Source: Eledone cirrhosa
Taxonomy: Eukaryota
Direction of reading: 5' to 3'
NCBI GenBank assembly: GCA_964016885.1
Contig: OZ024766.1
Coordinates: 20,584,001 to 20,648,000 of the forward strand
Length of the DNA stretch: 64,000 nt
Each line of letters opens with the position of its first letter. The stretch's first letter is position 1. A program made the position numbers and the translations under genes. The notes beneath the pieces were generated by a model, which saw only the letters and a program-made list of their open reading frames with translations, did not search any database and was not told where the DNA came from. Shown here in pieces: positions 10,001 to 20,809 of this stretch.

Positions 10001-13000
10001 TTACTCAGCTGTAGAAATGAGATGATAGGGACTGGGGTCCCTATCATTCCACTGTAAAGTGGTCGTGGAAGTGCCACTGCAAAAAAGCACCCAGCACTCA
10101 CTGTAGAGTGATCGTGGAGGTGCCACGGCAAAAAAAGCACCCAGCACTCACTGTAAAGTGGTCGTGGAGGTGCCACAGCAAAAAAGCACCCAGCACTCAC
10201 TGTAAAGTGGTTGTGGAGGTGCCACGGCAAAAAAGCACCCAGCACTCACTGTAAAGTGGTCGTGGAGGTACCACAGCAAAAAAGCACCCAGCACTCACTG
10301 TAGAGTGGTCGTGGAGGTGCCACAGCAAAAAAGCACCCAGCACTCACTGTAGAGTGGTCGTGGAGGTGCCACGGCAAAAAAGCACCCAGCACTCACTGTA
10401 AAGTGGTTGTGGAGGTGCCACGGCAAAAAAGCACCCAGCACTCACTGTAGAGTGGTCGTGGAGGTGCCACAGCAAAAAAGCACCCAGCACTCACTGTAAA
10501 TGAGGTTGGTGTTAGGAAGGGCATCCAGCTGTAGAAATCAAGCCAGAATCAGTTCCCGTCCCACCCTTGCAAGCAGGGAAAAGCAGACGTAAAATGATGA
10601 TGATGATGTATCGTATCTTCATGTATATATACTTGCGTATAATATCAATATACACACTACACATGCTAGCAGGAAAACCACCTGAGGGCGGTTTTCCTGC
10701 TAGTTATTATTAATACGGGTAGTTTCCGTACAAAAAAGGTTAATGAACAGGAGGGGTTTATGGCAATAGAATACATACCTTCTGGGTTGAAATTTAGAGG
10801 GTTTCTCCATGCCTCTACCTGTTTTGGTGCTGACATCTGACCGAGGCGCAGAACTGTGAAGGAGGAGGTTACTGGGAGAGATATTGGAATCTGTAAGAAG
10901 AAATGACAGAAAATGTAGGGGTTTACTGTGAGGTGTGGGCCCTAACATGTAGGGAGCAGTGGTGTTTGTAATGAGAAAATTTATAGAAATTTAGGGGTTT
11001 ACTGTGAGGTGAGAGCCCTAACATGTAGGGAACAGTGGTGTTTGTAATGAGAAAATTTATAGAAATTTTGGGGTTTACTGTGAGGTGTGGGCCCTAACAT
11101 GTAGGGAGCAGTGGTGTTTGTAATGAGAAAATTTATAGAAATTTAGGGGTTTACTGTGAGGTGAGAGCCCTAACATGTAGGGAGCAGTGGTGTTTGTAAT
11201 GAGAAAATTTATAGAAATTTTGGGGTTTACTGTGAGGTGTGGGCCCTAACATGTAGGGAGCAGTGGTGTTTGTAATGAGAAAATTTATAGAAATTTAGGG
11301 GTTTACTGTGAGGTGTGGGCCCTAACATGTAAGGAGCAGTGGTGTTTGTAATGAGAAAATTTATAGAAATTTAGGGGTTTACTGTGAGGTGAGAGCCCTA
11401 ACATGTAGGGAACAGTGGTGTTTGTAATGAGAAAATTTATAGAAATTTAGGGGTTTACTGTGAGGTGTGGGCACTGGTAACTGGCCCTTAATATGTAGGG
11501 AACATTTGTGTCTGAAATAAGAAAACGCAGGGGTTTATTTAGGTTCACTCCCAGTCCTCTTGCTCCTCTACTGATTCTGCTATAAGAACCAGATCTTCAG
11601 CACAGAGAAGTTCCCATGGACAGCCAGTCTTAAACTCCTCTGTTAGGGCTCCAAGAACAGAAGTGGGCTGAGGACCAAACCTTTTGTCTCAGCTAGGTTC
11701 ACTCTCAGTCCTCTTAATTCCAACTGCTGTTTCCATAGCCAGAGTTTATTCTCTAGCTCCTCTACTGATTCTGCTATAAGAACCGGATCTTCAGCATAGA
11801 GAAGTTCCCATGGACAGCCAGTCTTAAACTCCTCTGTTAGGGCTCCAAGAACAGAAGTGGGCTGAGGACCAAACCTTTTGTCTCAGCTAGGTTCACTCTC
11901 AGTCCTCTTAATTCCAACTGCTGTTTCCATAGCCAGAGTTTATTCTCTAGCTCCTCTACTGATTCTGCTATAAGAACCAGATCTTCAGCACAGAGAAGTT
12001 CCCATGGACAGCCAGTCTTAAACTCCTCTGTTAGGGCTCCAAGAACAGAAGTGGGCTGAGGACCAAACCTTTTGTCTCAGCTAGGTTCACTCTCAGTCCT
12101 CTTGCTTCCAACTGCTGTTTCCATAGCCAGAGTTTATTCTCTAGCTCCTCTACTGATTCTGCTATAAGAACCAGATCTTCAGCACAGAGAAGTTCCCATG
12201 GACAGCCAGTTAAACTCCTCTGTTAGAGCCCCAAGAACAGAAGTGGGCTGAGGACCAAACCTTTTGTCTCAGCTAGGTTCACTCTCAGTCCTCTTAATTC
12301 CAACTGCTGTTTCCATAGCCAGAGTTTATTCTCTAGCTCCTCTACTGATTCTGAGATAAGAACCACCGTCAAATTTCCCCCTATATCTACTGCATACGTA
12401 TCATCATCATCATCATCATCATCATTATCATTTTACGTCCGCTTTTCCCTGCTTGCAAGGGTGGGACGGGAACTGATTCTGGCTTGATTTCTACAGCTGG
12501 ATGCCCTTCCTAACACCAACCTCATTTACAGTGTGGGCTGGGTGCTTTTTTTGCCGTGGCACCTCCACGACCACTTTACAGTGAGTGCTGGGTGCTTTTT
12601 AGCCGTGGCACCTCCACGTCCACTTTACAGTGAGTGCTGGGTGCTTTTTTTGCCGTGGCATCTTCACGACCACTTTACAGTGAGGGCTGGGTGCTTTTTT
12701 GCTGTGGCACCTCCACGACCACTTTACAGTGAGGGCTGGGTGCTTTTTTGCCGTGGCACCTTCACGACCACTTTACAGTGAGGGCTGGGTGCTTTTTTGC
12801 TGTGGTACCTCCACGACCACTTTACAGTGAGTGCTGGGTGCTTTTTTGCTGTGGCATCTCCACGACCACTTTACAGTGAGTGCTGGGTGCTTTTTTTGCC
12901 GTGGCACCTCCACGTCCACTTTACAGTGAGTGCTGGGTGCTTTTTTGCTGTGGCACCTCCACGACCACTTTACAGTGAGTGCTGGGTGCTTTTTTGCCGT

Positions 13001-14475
13001 GGCACCTCCACGACCACTTTACAGTATGGGCTGGGTGCTTTTTTGCTGTGGCACCTCCATGACCACTTTACAGTGAGTGCTGGGTGCTTTTTTGCCGTGG
13101 CACCTCCACGACCACTCTACAGTGAGTGCTGGGTGCTTTTTTTGCCGTGGCACCTCCACGTCCACTTTACAGTGAGTGCTGGGTGCTTTTTTTGCCGTGG
13201 CACCTCCACGTCCACTTTACAGTGAGTGCTGGGTGCTTTTTTTTGCCGTGGCACCTCCACGTCCACTTTACAGTGAGTGCTGGGTGCTTTTTTTGCCGTG
13301 GCACCTCCATGACCACTTTACAGTGAGTGCTGGGTGCTTTTTTTGCCGTGGCACCTCCATGACCACTTTACAGTGAGTGCTGGGTGCTTTTTTGCCGTGG
13401 CACCTCCACAACCACTTTACAGTGGAACGATAGGGACCCCAGTCCCTATCATCTCATTTCTACAGCTGAGTAAACTGGAGCAATGTGAAATAAAGTGTCT
13501 TGCTCAAGGAAACAACACATCACCCAGTCTGAGAATTGAACTCACAACCTTTCGATTGCAAGGCCAATGCTCTAACCACTAAGCCATATGCCTCCACATA
13601 TATATCTGCATATATCCAATATACACACTACATATACTAGCAAAAAAAAAAACCGCCCGGTGGCTGATAACGATTAAAGGGAGATAAACATGTCTGCCAG
13701 TCGTACCTGCTCTTCTTCTTGATGTGTCTGAAATTACCGAATAATTACTTTTGGCAGACAGCGATCGTTTCTATGGAAACAAAAGATGTTTGACCATTAT
13801 TAACATTTAATAAAGATTTCATTAGAAACATGGAATGAAAGGGTTAACGTGTTTATATTTATGCAGGAACCTTTGTTAAGCTATGTCCCACTAGAAATAT
13901 GGCAATGAAAGGATTAAAGTGTTTATATTTATCTAAACACCTTCCATGATAATTTTATGTAAGAACCTTTGTTAAGTTATGTCCCATTAGAAATATGGTA
14001 ATGAAAGGGTTAAAGTGTTTATATTTATGTAAGAATCTTTGTTAAGCTATGTTCCATTAGAAATATGGCAATGAAAGGGTTAAAGTGTTTATATTTATGT
14101 AAGAACCTTTGTTAAGCTATGTCCCATTAGAAATATGGAAATGAAAGGGTTAAAGTGTTTATATTTATCTAAAAACCTTCCATCATAATTTTACTGCAGC
14201 TGATATGGTTGACTAAATGAAGGCAGTGCCCCAGCCTGGGCACAGTCTAGTGACTGAAAACAATATATATATATATATATAAAAGAATATCTAAAAGAAA
14301 CATAACAAACCAGCTTTTTGTCCATCTCGTTGACGGAGCTGTGGCTTCTGAGTTGCTTAGCAACCGGTGTGCGGCAGGGAGACGAGAGCACTGTCATCTG
14401 AGAGCCGGACACTCGCAGCTTAACGCTGCCATCTTCGTTGTGGTGGTTGTTGTTGTTGTTCTTGTGGCTGGACAT
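1..14475 (-). CDS. CEP131: CEP131/AZI1 centriolar-satellite protein, 5' part (7 coding exons in window: 14475-14311, 13770-13707, 10890-10779, 9703-9577, 7329-7121, 5956-4636, 446-<1); continues past the left edge
   Basis: All six junctions are GT-AG and phase-consistent (0,1,2,0,2,0) with no stop. The last exon encodes DLEERIAARSIQRWYRRHRVRRKA, matching the CEP131 IQ motif (human AAVTIQRWYRHQ, from memory). SDVFTLLFG resembles CEP131 TDFLMLFEG. Confidence 0.85.
517..904. mobile_element. Palindromic element, probable inverted Penelope-like pLTR remnant (family A)
   Basis: ~170-bp near-perfect inverted arms set in (TA)n; hammerhead-like motif in each arm; second copy at 56184-56550. Confidence 0.6.
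708..752 (+). ncRNA. Minimal type-I hammerhead ribozyme motif
   Basis: AGUCA-CUGAAGA-G-GUCACA gagug UAUGAC-GAAA-GAAC-UA/UGACU; stem I AGUCA:UGACU. Confidence 0.55.
1188..1226 (-). ncRNA. Mirror hammerhead motif (sense to the CEP131 pre-mRNA)
   Basis: Reverse complement reads CCUU-UUGAAAA-GCAGaagaaCUGC-GAAA-CCGG-UA/AAGG. Confidence 0.6.
1310..1349 (+). ncRNA. Minimal type-I hammerhead ribozyme motif, U3-A8 core variant
   Basis: ACCUU-UUGAAAA-GCAG aagaa CUGC-GAAA-CCGG-UA/AAGGU; stems I and II fully paired, palindromic helix III. Confidence 0.65.
1453..1630. mobile_element. Small palindrome (1524-1630) with degenerate CUGAUGA...GAAAC motif and a one-sided extension
   Basis: tagatgagattctacaggactagaact / agttctagtcctgtagaatctcatcta arms; CTGATGA at 1574; flanked by (TA)n. 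Confidence 0.5.
2200..2482 (-). mobile_element. Two tandem fragments of a tRNA-derived SINE (family with gccgaggttaactttgcctttcatcc...gataaaataaagtaccag...ggccttgtg)
   Basis: Same sequence recurs at 7350-7412, 15485-15780, 23583-23680, 30790-30900, 33258-33920. Confidence 0.7.
2720..2816 (+). other. CEP131: Intact CEP131 coiled-coil exon in inverted orientation inside a CEP131 intron
   Basis: ttctggttgaag|G...AAG|gtgagt; encodes YNIELKKFREISVTSEKLRRERWIEDKTKIIK versus human CEP131 HELEIKKLKELMSATEKARREKWISEKTKKIK (from memory). Confidence 0.75.
2767..4550 (+). repeat. Five tandem copies of the 3' half of the inverted exon plus donor, separated by (CA/TA)n tracts
   Basis: agaaacttc(g/a)acgtgagagatggattgaggacaaaactaagataattaag|gtgagt with GT at 2817, 3148, 3512, 4106, 4525. 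Confidence 0.9.
4636..5956 (-). CDS. CEP131: CEP131 coding exon 6, containing 22 tandem 17/18-aa S/T/P-rich repeats
   Basis: Acceptor tattgcag|C (phase 2), donor CAG|gtgagt (phase 0); 1321 nt, open throughout (ORF 4585..6018). Confidence 0.75.
5990..7090 (+). repeat. 61-bp tandem array (~13 copies) derived from a CR1/L2-type LINE ORF2 end, followed by a LINE-like 3' tail
   Basis: Unit translates as PWNKLPASVVSCRDTASFKTS (WNxLPxxVV...FK motif); one inverted unit at 6825-6891. Confidence 0.7.
7121..7329 (-). CDS. CEP131: CEP131 coding exon 5
   Basis: ttgtcag|GAG...AG|gtgagt; ELPPGAVSTSG...KLNSSRN; phases 0/2. Confidence 0.75.
7427..9545. repeat. 72-bp (variant 60-bp) tandem array, ~30 copies
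   Basis: tttactgtgacaatacaatagtatatatagagtaatgtaaatgttatgtgagatattatgtgaggtaaagcc; ends in aaagggttaa; same unit at 25530-26057. Confidence 0.95.
9577..9703 (-). CDS. CEP131: CEP131 coding exon 4
   Basis: ttttacag|T...TCG|gtgagt; SDVFTLLFGDNN...HQCCNS; phases 2/0. Confidence 0.75.
9879..10608 (+). mobile_element. tRNA-derived SINE with internal 49-50-bp VNTR (~9 units) and (ATG)n tail
   Basis: A-box tggcttagtgg, B-box-like gagtttaattc, ccttgagcaagacactt core, ggaagggcatccagctgtagaaa tail. Confidence 0.85.
10779..10890 (-). CDS. CEP131: CEP131 coding exon 3
   Basis: ttcttacag|AT...AG|gtatgt; DSNISPSNLLLHSS...KFQPR; phases 1/2. Confidence 0.75.
10913..11505. repeat. 73-bp tandem repeat, ~8 copies
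   Basis: ggggtttactgtgaggtgtgggccctaacatgtagggagcagtggtgtttgtaatgagaaaatttatagaaattt. Confidence 0.9.
11540..12365. repeat. 194-bp tandem repeat, ~4 copies
   Basis: ataagaacc recurs with 192-194-bp spacing. Confidence 0.9.
12400..13595 (-). mobile_element. Same VNTR-SINE, full length, ~18 internal units
   Basis: Near-exact reverse complement of 9879-10608. Confidence 0.85.
13707..13770 (-). CDS. CEP131: CEP131 coding exon 2
   Basis: tttccatag|AAA...G|gtacga; KRSLSAKSNYSVISDTSRRRA; phases 0/1. Confidence 0.7.
13838..14190 (-). repeat. ~68-bp tandem repeat from a TTAACCCTT-ended MITE family
   Basis: Reverse complement of the unit at 42180-43110. Confidence 0.75.
14311..14475 (-). CDS. CEP131: CEP131 coding exon 1 (exon starts at 14486; ATG at 14475)
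   Basis: ctcttgcag| acceptor; MSSHKNNNNNHHNEDGSVKLRVSGSQ...EMDKKL|gtttgt. Confidence 0.75.
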
Positions 14476-14524
14476 TTTAGTGGGGACTGCAAGAGAGAGA
14501 CACAGAGGGCATAGAATATTCGTT

Positions 14525-15485
14525 ATTTCATTTTTTTTTTCTTTTACGTCTGCTTTTCCCTGCTTGCAAGGGTGGGACGGGAACTGGTTCTGGCTTGATT
14601 TCTACAGCTGGATGCCCTTCCTAACACCAACCTCATTTACAGTGAGTGCTGGGTGCTTTTATTTGCCGTGGCACCTCCACGACCACTTTACAGTGAGTGA
14701 TGGGTGCTTTTTTGCCTTGGCACCTCCACGACCACTTTACAGTGAGTGCTGGGTGCTTTTTTGCCGTGGCACCTCCACGACCACTTTACAGAGAGGGCTG
14801 GGTGCTTTTTTGCCCTGGCACCTCCACGACCACTTTACAGTGAGTGCTGGGTGTTTTTTTGCCGTGGCACCTCCAAGACCACTTTACAGTGAGTGCTGGG
14901 TGCTTTTTTACCGTGGCACCTCCACAACCACTTTACAGTGGGTGCTGGGTGCTTTTTTGCCGTGGCACCTCCACGACCACTTTACAGTGAGGGCTGGGTG
15001 CTTTTTTGCCCTGGCACCTCCACGACCACTTTACAGTGAGTGCTGGGTGCTTTTTTGCCGTGGCACCTCCAAGACCACTTTACAGTGAGTGCTGGGTGCT
15101 TTTTTGCCGTGGCACCTCCAAGACCACTTTACAGTGAGTGCTGGGTGCTTTTTTACCGTGGCACCTCCACAACCACTTTACAGTGGGTGCTGGGTGCTTT
15201 TTTACCGTGGCACCTCCACAACCACTTTACAGTGAGTGGTGGGTGCTTTTTTGCTGTGGCACCTCCACGACCACTTTACAGTGAGTGCTGGGTGCTTTTT
15301 TGCCGTGGCACCTCCACGACCACTTTACAGTGGGTGCTGGGTGCTTTTTTACCGTGGCACCTCCACAACCACTTTACAGTGAGTGGTGGGTGCTTTTTTG
15401 CTGTGGCACCTCCACGACCACTTTACAGTGAGTGCTGGGTGCTTTTTTGCCGTGGCACCTCCACGACCACTTTACAGTGTGGGCT
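14525..15485 (-). mobile_element. VNTR-SINE lacking the tRNA head, ~17 units
   Basis: Tail and VNTR match 12400-13595. Confidence 0.8.
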
Positions 15486-15849
15486 GTATTACTGGTACTT
15501 TATTTTACTGACCCCGTAATAACTGTTTCTACTGGGGGGGGGGGGGGGGGGGGGGCACAAGGCCAGCAATTACTCCAGTGTATTACTGGTACCTTATTTT
15601 ACCGACCCCGTATTAAATGTTTCTAATGTTGGGGGCACAAGGCCAGCAATTACCCCAGTGTATTACTGGTACTTTATTTTACTGACCCTGTAATAAACGT
15701 TTCTACTTTTTTTGGGGGGGGGGGCACAAGGCCAGCAATTACCCTAGTGTATTACTGGTACTTTATTTTACCGACCCCCCCGCAAGGAAGAAAGGCAAGG
15801 CGAAGGCGAAGCGGAAGAAGGAGGAGCAACAGCAGGCAAAGGTACTCAC

Positions 15850-16080
15850 CTGTGGAGGAGAAAGAGGGGGTCACCACTGAAGGGCGGAGTCTGCTGCAGC
15901 TGGGCCGGGTTTAATTACAACTGACAGGTGTAACAGGTAAGTAACAGAAACAGAACAGCCGGAGGTAAAATGTTGCGTCGACATTACCTCAATTCCACAG
16001 ACAGAACAACAACGGACAGAGTTGTCGGTGTTTGCTAGCAACCAGATGGTCACATGACATCGTCCACTTCCGCTTCCGTT
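15850..16080 (-). other. CEP131: Probable non-coding first exon / TSS region of CEP131
   Basis: Strong donor CAG|gtgagt at 15850; CpG-rich unique sequence; the 5' boundary is only approximate. Confidence 0.55.
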
Positions 16081-16090
16081 TCCGCCATCG
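16031..16090. promoter_or_regulatory. CEP131 promoter motifs: X-box-like TTTGCTAGCAAC (16031-42), E/M-box GTCACATGAC (16049-58), tandem ETS ACTTCCGCTTCCG (16066-78)
   Basis: Motifs read directly from the sequence at the 5' end of the putative first exon; function is inferred. Confidence 0.45.
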
Positions 16091-16099
16091 CCGCCGCTG

Positions 16100-19000
16100 C
16101 CACCTTCGACACCTTCTTCCGCTCTTAAGGCACCTCTCTTTCTACTTCTCCGTCGCTTTTATTACCTCTTCCTTCCACTCTTGCTACTCCCTCTCTTTTA
16201 TAATACCTCTTGTTACTCCTCTATTTGTTTTTTAAAAAAAATCATCATCTCTTCCTACGCCTCCCGTTGCTCCTTTCTCTTTATTTCACATCTTCCTTCC
16301 CCCCCCCCCACACTCTCTCTCTGATTATTAACACTTTCCTTCTCCTTCTTCTGTGTATATACCTCTTCCTTCATCTCTTGCCTCTCCCTCTATTAGTTAA
16401 CCTCTTTCTTTACCTCTCGCTTCTCCTTCCTTACTCAATCAACCTGTCTCTTCTCCTTCGTCCATTAATGCACCTCTTCCTTCACCTCCAATTGTTAATG
16501 TACCTCTTCCTTCCCCTCCCTGTTTATTAACCCTTTCCTATTCCTTCATCTCTTGCCTCTCCGTCTATTAGTTAACCTCTTCCTTTACCTCTCGCTTCTC
16601 CTTCCTTACTCAATCAACCTGTCTCTTCTCCTTCGTCTATTAATGCACCTCTTCCTTCCTCTCCCTCTATTAGTTAATCTCTCGCTCCTCCTTCCTTTCT
16701 CAATCAACTTGTTTCTTTCTCCTTCGTCGTTTAATGTACCTCTTCCTTCTCCTCCAATTGTTAATGTACCTCTTCCTTCTTATTTATTAACCCTTTCCAC
16801 TCTTGCCTCTCCGTCATTTAGCTAACCTCTTCCTTTACCTCTCGCTTCTCCTTCCTTACTCAATCAACCTGTCTCTTCTCCTTCTTCTTTTAACGTACTT
16901 CTTCCTTCTCCTCCAATTGTTAACGTACCTCTTCCTTCTCCTCCAATTGTTAATATACCTCTTCCTTCTACTCCTACTGTTTTCTTTTCTTTTTTCTTCT
17001 TTTTCTCCTTCCTTTATACAATTTACCTCCTCCTTCCTCATTTAGTTTATACCTTTCTCTTCTCTCTCCTCTCTTTCATTAGTTCTTTCTTATTCCTTTG
17101 ATTTACTTCCTCCTCCGCCTACACCTCCCTGTTAATGTGATGGTGGCAGCGGTGGTGGTCGAGGCACCTATCATTCATTTATGCTCCTCCTACTATTACT
17201 TCAGCTTCCTTATTGTTATGTGTGTACTACGTCACCGGATTGTGGGTTATATGTAAGACATTAGTGTGTGTTTCTACCGTTTTTATAAACAAACCTAAAT
17301 ACATGCTTATATATGTTTATATATATATTTCAGACGTCATTAAATTTATTCATACGTGTCGCACGTTTCGCGATGGTGCAGCTCAAGGTATAATCGACAG
17401 TGAACGGGCTCGTTTGGGTAGACTGACAAACTGTACTGGGTTACCTGCTACCTGTAGCGTTCGAAAGTGATCTGACCTCGTCACGACAATGCTACAATAA
17501 TAATAATATATAATGTTAGTCCCGCACACAACTTCCGGTAGCGCTGTCTGTCTATAAATGTTTACACTTATATATTTTGTTAGATTTATTTAAAACACAA
17601 GCAATTTTTTCCTATATTTTCCTAATAATAACTTAAATATAAATATAAACATAATATAAATATTTTTTGTGGTTTGTGATGTGAATTTTCGTACCCCCCC
17701 CCCTCTGTAAAACATAAACATCTTTATTTGTGTGTATTTTCGTATTAAAAAAACCCATTTAACACAGAAAAAAAAATTTTTTTTTTTTCAATTTTGTATA
17801 AAGAAACCCCAACCAATTTTTCTATGCATTTTTCTTTTAAGAAATCCCTTTAAAATATAAATATATATTTTGTATTTTCGTATAAAAAAAAAGTTTAAAA
17901 AAATAGATATTTATATTTTTCATATTTTTTCATAAATAATCACCTTTTAAAACGTAAATATTTTTTTCAGTATCTTTATATTAATAAAAAATAACATATT
18001 AAAATATAAGAATTTTTGGTTGTATTTTCGTATTGAAATCAGAAAAACCTTTCTTTACAAATAAACAAATATTTCAGCCATTAAAAAAATATTTTAAAAA
18101 GTATTTTAAAAAATGGAGAGAAAATATTTAAAATTAATTTAATTTAAATCCCTAAAAATTCAAAAAAATTCAATATGTATGTATATATATATATATGTAT
18201 GTGTGTGCGCTTTTATGTATGCATACATGTATGTGTATATGTTTGCGTGTATGTATGTGTGTACCTCTATGTAGTTTTGTATGTATGAATATGTATCTAT
18301 GTTTTTGTTTATATATGTATATATGTACGTGTGTGTATGTATGTATGGATGTGTATATATATGTGTATTTATTTATGTATATGTATCTATGTCTCTGTTT
18401 ATATATGTATATATGTACGTGTATGTATGTATGTATGGATGTGTATATATATGTGTATTTATTTATGTATATGTATCTATGTATCTGTTTATATATGTAT
18501 ATATGTGTACGTATAAATATGTGTATGTATATATATATATATATATATATTTGTATGTATATGTGTATATAAATGTTTATGTATATATGTACATCTCTTT
18601 TCATTCTCTCTCTCTCTTTCTATATTTTTTACTCTTTCTTTTTCACTCTCTCTCTTCGTCTGTTTTTGTATATCTTTCTCTTTTTCTATCTCTTTTTCCT
18701 TCTTTCTTTCTCTCTTTTTCCCCTCTCTTTGTCTTTTTATGTTGCTTTCTTACTCTTTCCTCCTCACTCATCTCCCCTTCCCCCTCTCTTTGTGTTACCC
18801 TTCAGCCCTCCTCCTTTTTCTCTGTGTATTAGCTTAACCCTCTTCCTTCTCCTTTATTCTCCTCTTTCTCTATGTATTTCTCTTTCCCCCCTCTCTTTAT
18901 GTTTAACATTCTCTCTCTCTTCTGTTTTCGTTCTCCGTCTTTTACGTTGCTTTATCACCCTTTCCTCCTCTCTTCTCTCCCCTTCCACCTTTCTCTGTAT

Positions 19001-20800
19001 TACACTTTAACCCTTTCCCTATCTCTTTTGTCTGCCCCTCTCTCTGTATTACTTCTAACCCTCTTCTTTCTCCTCTTGTCTACCCCTCTCTCAGTATAAC
19101 ACTTTAACCCTCTCCCTTCTCCTCTTGTCTGCCCCTCTGTCTGTTAGTATAACACTTTAACCCTCCACTCCCCATCTTCCTTTGTCTATATAACACCCTC
19201 TTCCTCTCTCTATTTATATTACACAATCTCTTTCTCTTTTTCTATCCCTTAATTTCTATATCTTTCTCTCTCTGTTCGCCTATACTACTCTCACCCTCTC
19301 TATATTTTGTAAACAAACTCTTTTCCCTCTCTCTTTGTATATCGCTTTTACTCTCGCTGTCTCTCCCTTTACGTATTACACTTTCTCCCTCTCTCATTTT
19401 CTTTACTATTCCACTTTTTCTCCTTTTCTCTCTCCCTTTAAGTATTTGTATTACACTTTCACCCTCTCACTCTGTTTTCCCTCTCTATGTAACTTAATCT
19501 TACTCTCTACCCCTCTCTTTGTATCTATGTATAATTCTCTTACTCTCTTTTCCCTCTCTATGTAACTTAATATTACTCTCTACCTCTCTCTCTGTATCTA
19601 TGTATAATTCTCTTACTCTCTTTTCCCTCTCTATGTAACTTAATCTTACTCTCTACTTCTCTCTGTATCTATGTATAATTATCTTACTCTCTGTTCCCTC
19701 TCTATGTAATCCAATTTCACTCTCTACCCCTCTCTCTGTGTCTGTGTATAACTTTCTCACTCTCTTTTCCCTCTCTATTTAACCTAACCCTACTCTTTAC
19801 CCCTCTTTCTCTGTCCGCGTATAACTCTCTCACTCGCTTTTCCCTCTCTCTGTAAGTTTATCTTACTCTCTACCCCTCTCTCTGTATCTGTGTATAACTC
19901 TCTCACTCGCTTTTCCCTCTCTGTGTAACCAAATCTTACTTTCTACCCCTCTCTCTTTGTCTGTGTTTACCTTTCTCACTCTCTTTTTCCTCTGTATAAC
20001 TTAATCTCACTCTCTACCCCTCTCTTTGTGTCTTTATATCACTCTTTCCCTCTCTGTATAACACAATCTCACTCTCTACCCCTCTCTCTGTGTCTGTACA
20101 CCACTCTTTCCCTCTCATTGTTTCCCCCTTTCTTTGTCTGTATATCACCCTCTCACTTTCTTTCACCCCTCTCTATGTATAACAATCTTACTCTCTACCC
20201 CTCTCTTGCTAATAGAATCTCATTCTCTGCCTCTCTCTCTTTGTCCGTATACCACCCTCGTACTCCCTTTGCTAGCCAACTTTACTCTCTTTCACCCCTC
20301 TCTGTGTATATCAATCTTACTCTCTACCCTCTCTATGTAACACAATCTCATTCTCTTTTCCTCTCTCTTTGTCCGTATACCACCCTCGTACTCCCTTTGC
20401 TAGCCAACTTTACTCTCTTTCACCCCTCTCTGTGTATATCAATCTTACTCTCTACCCTCTCTATGTAACACAATCTCATTCTCTTTTCCTCTCTCTTTGT
20501 CCATATACCACCCTCGTACTCCCTTTGCTAGCCATCTTTACTCTCTTTCACCCCTCTCTAGGTAACACAATCTCATTCTCTTTTCCTCTCTCTTTGTTCG
20601 TATACCACCCTCGTACTCCCTTTGCTAGCCATCTTTACTCTCTTTCACCGCCCTCTCTACGTAACACAATCTCATTCTCATTCTCTTTTCACTCTCTCTC
20701 TTTGTCCTATACACCCACCCTCTCACTTCGTTTCATAAGCCAACCTCACTCTCTTTCACCCCACCCCCCACCCTTCCTCCCTCTGCATCACCGTTTTCAC
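16100..20800. repeat. Intergenic low-complexity pyrimidine-rich, AT-rich and (TG/TA)n tracts with degenerate tandem duplications
   Basis: Strong CT strand bias at 16100-17130 and 18595-20800; microsatellite at 18170-18595. Confidence 0.8.
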
Positions 20801-20809
20801 TCTCTACCC

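Noticed and set aside
10051-10500. CRISPR-like look of the 49-bp repeats with an internal hairpin
   Set aside because: Units are contiguous with no unique spacers, no cas genes, and sit inside a eukaryotic SINE
11540-12365. CUGAAGA-stem motif (minus strand) and REST-like half-sites (TTCAGCAC...GGACAGC) in the 194-bp repeat
   Set aside because: No GAAA after the stem, so not a hammerhead; RE1 half-site spacing is non-canonical and REST is not an established regulator in molluscs
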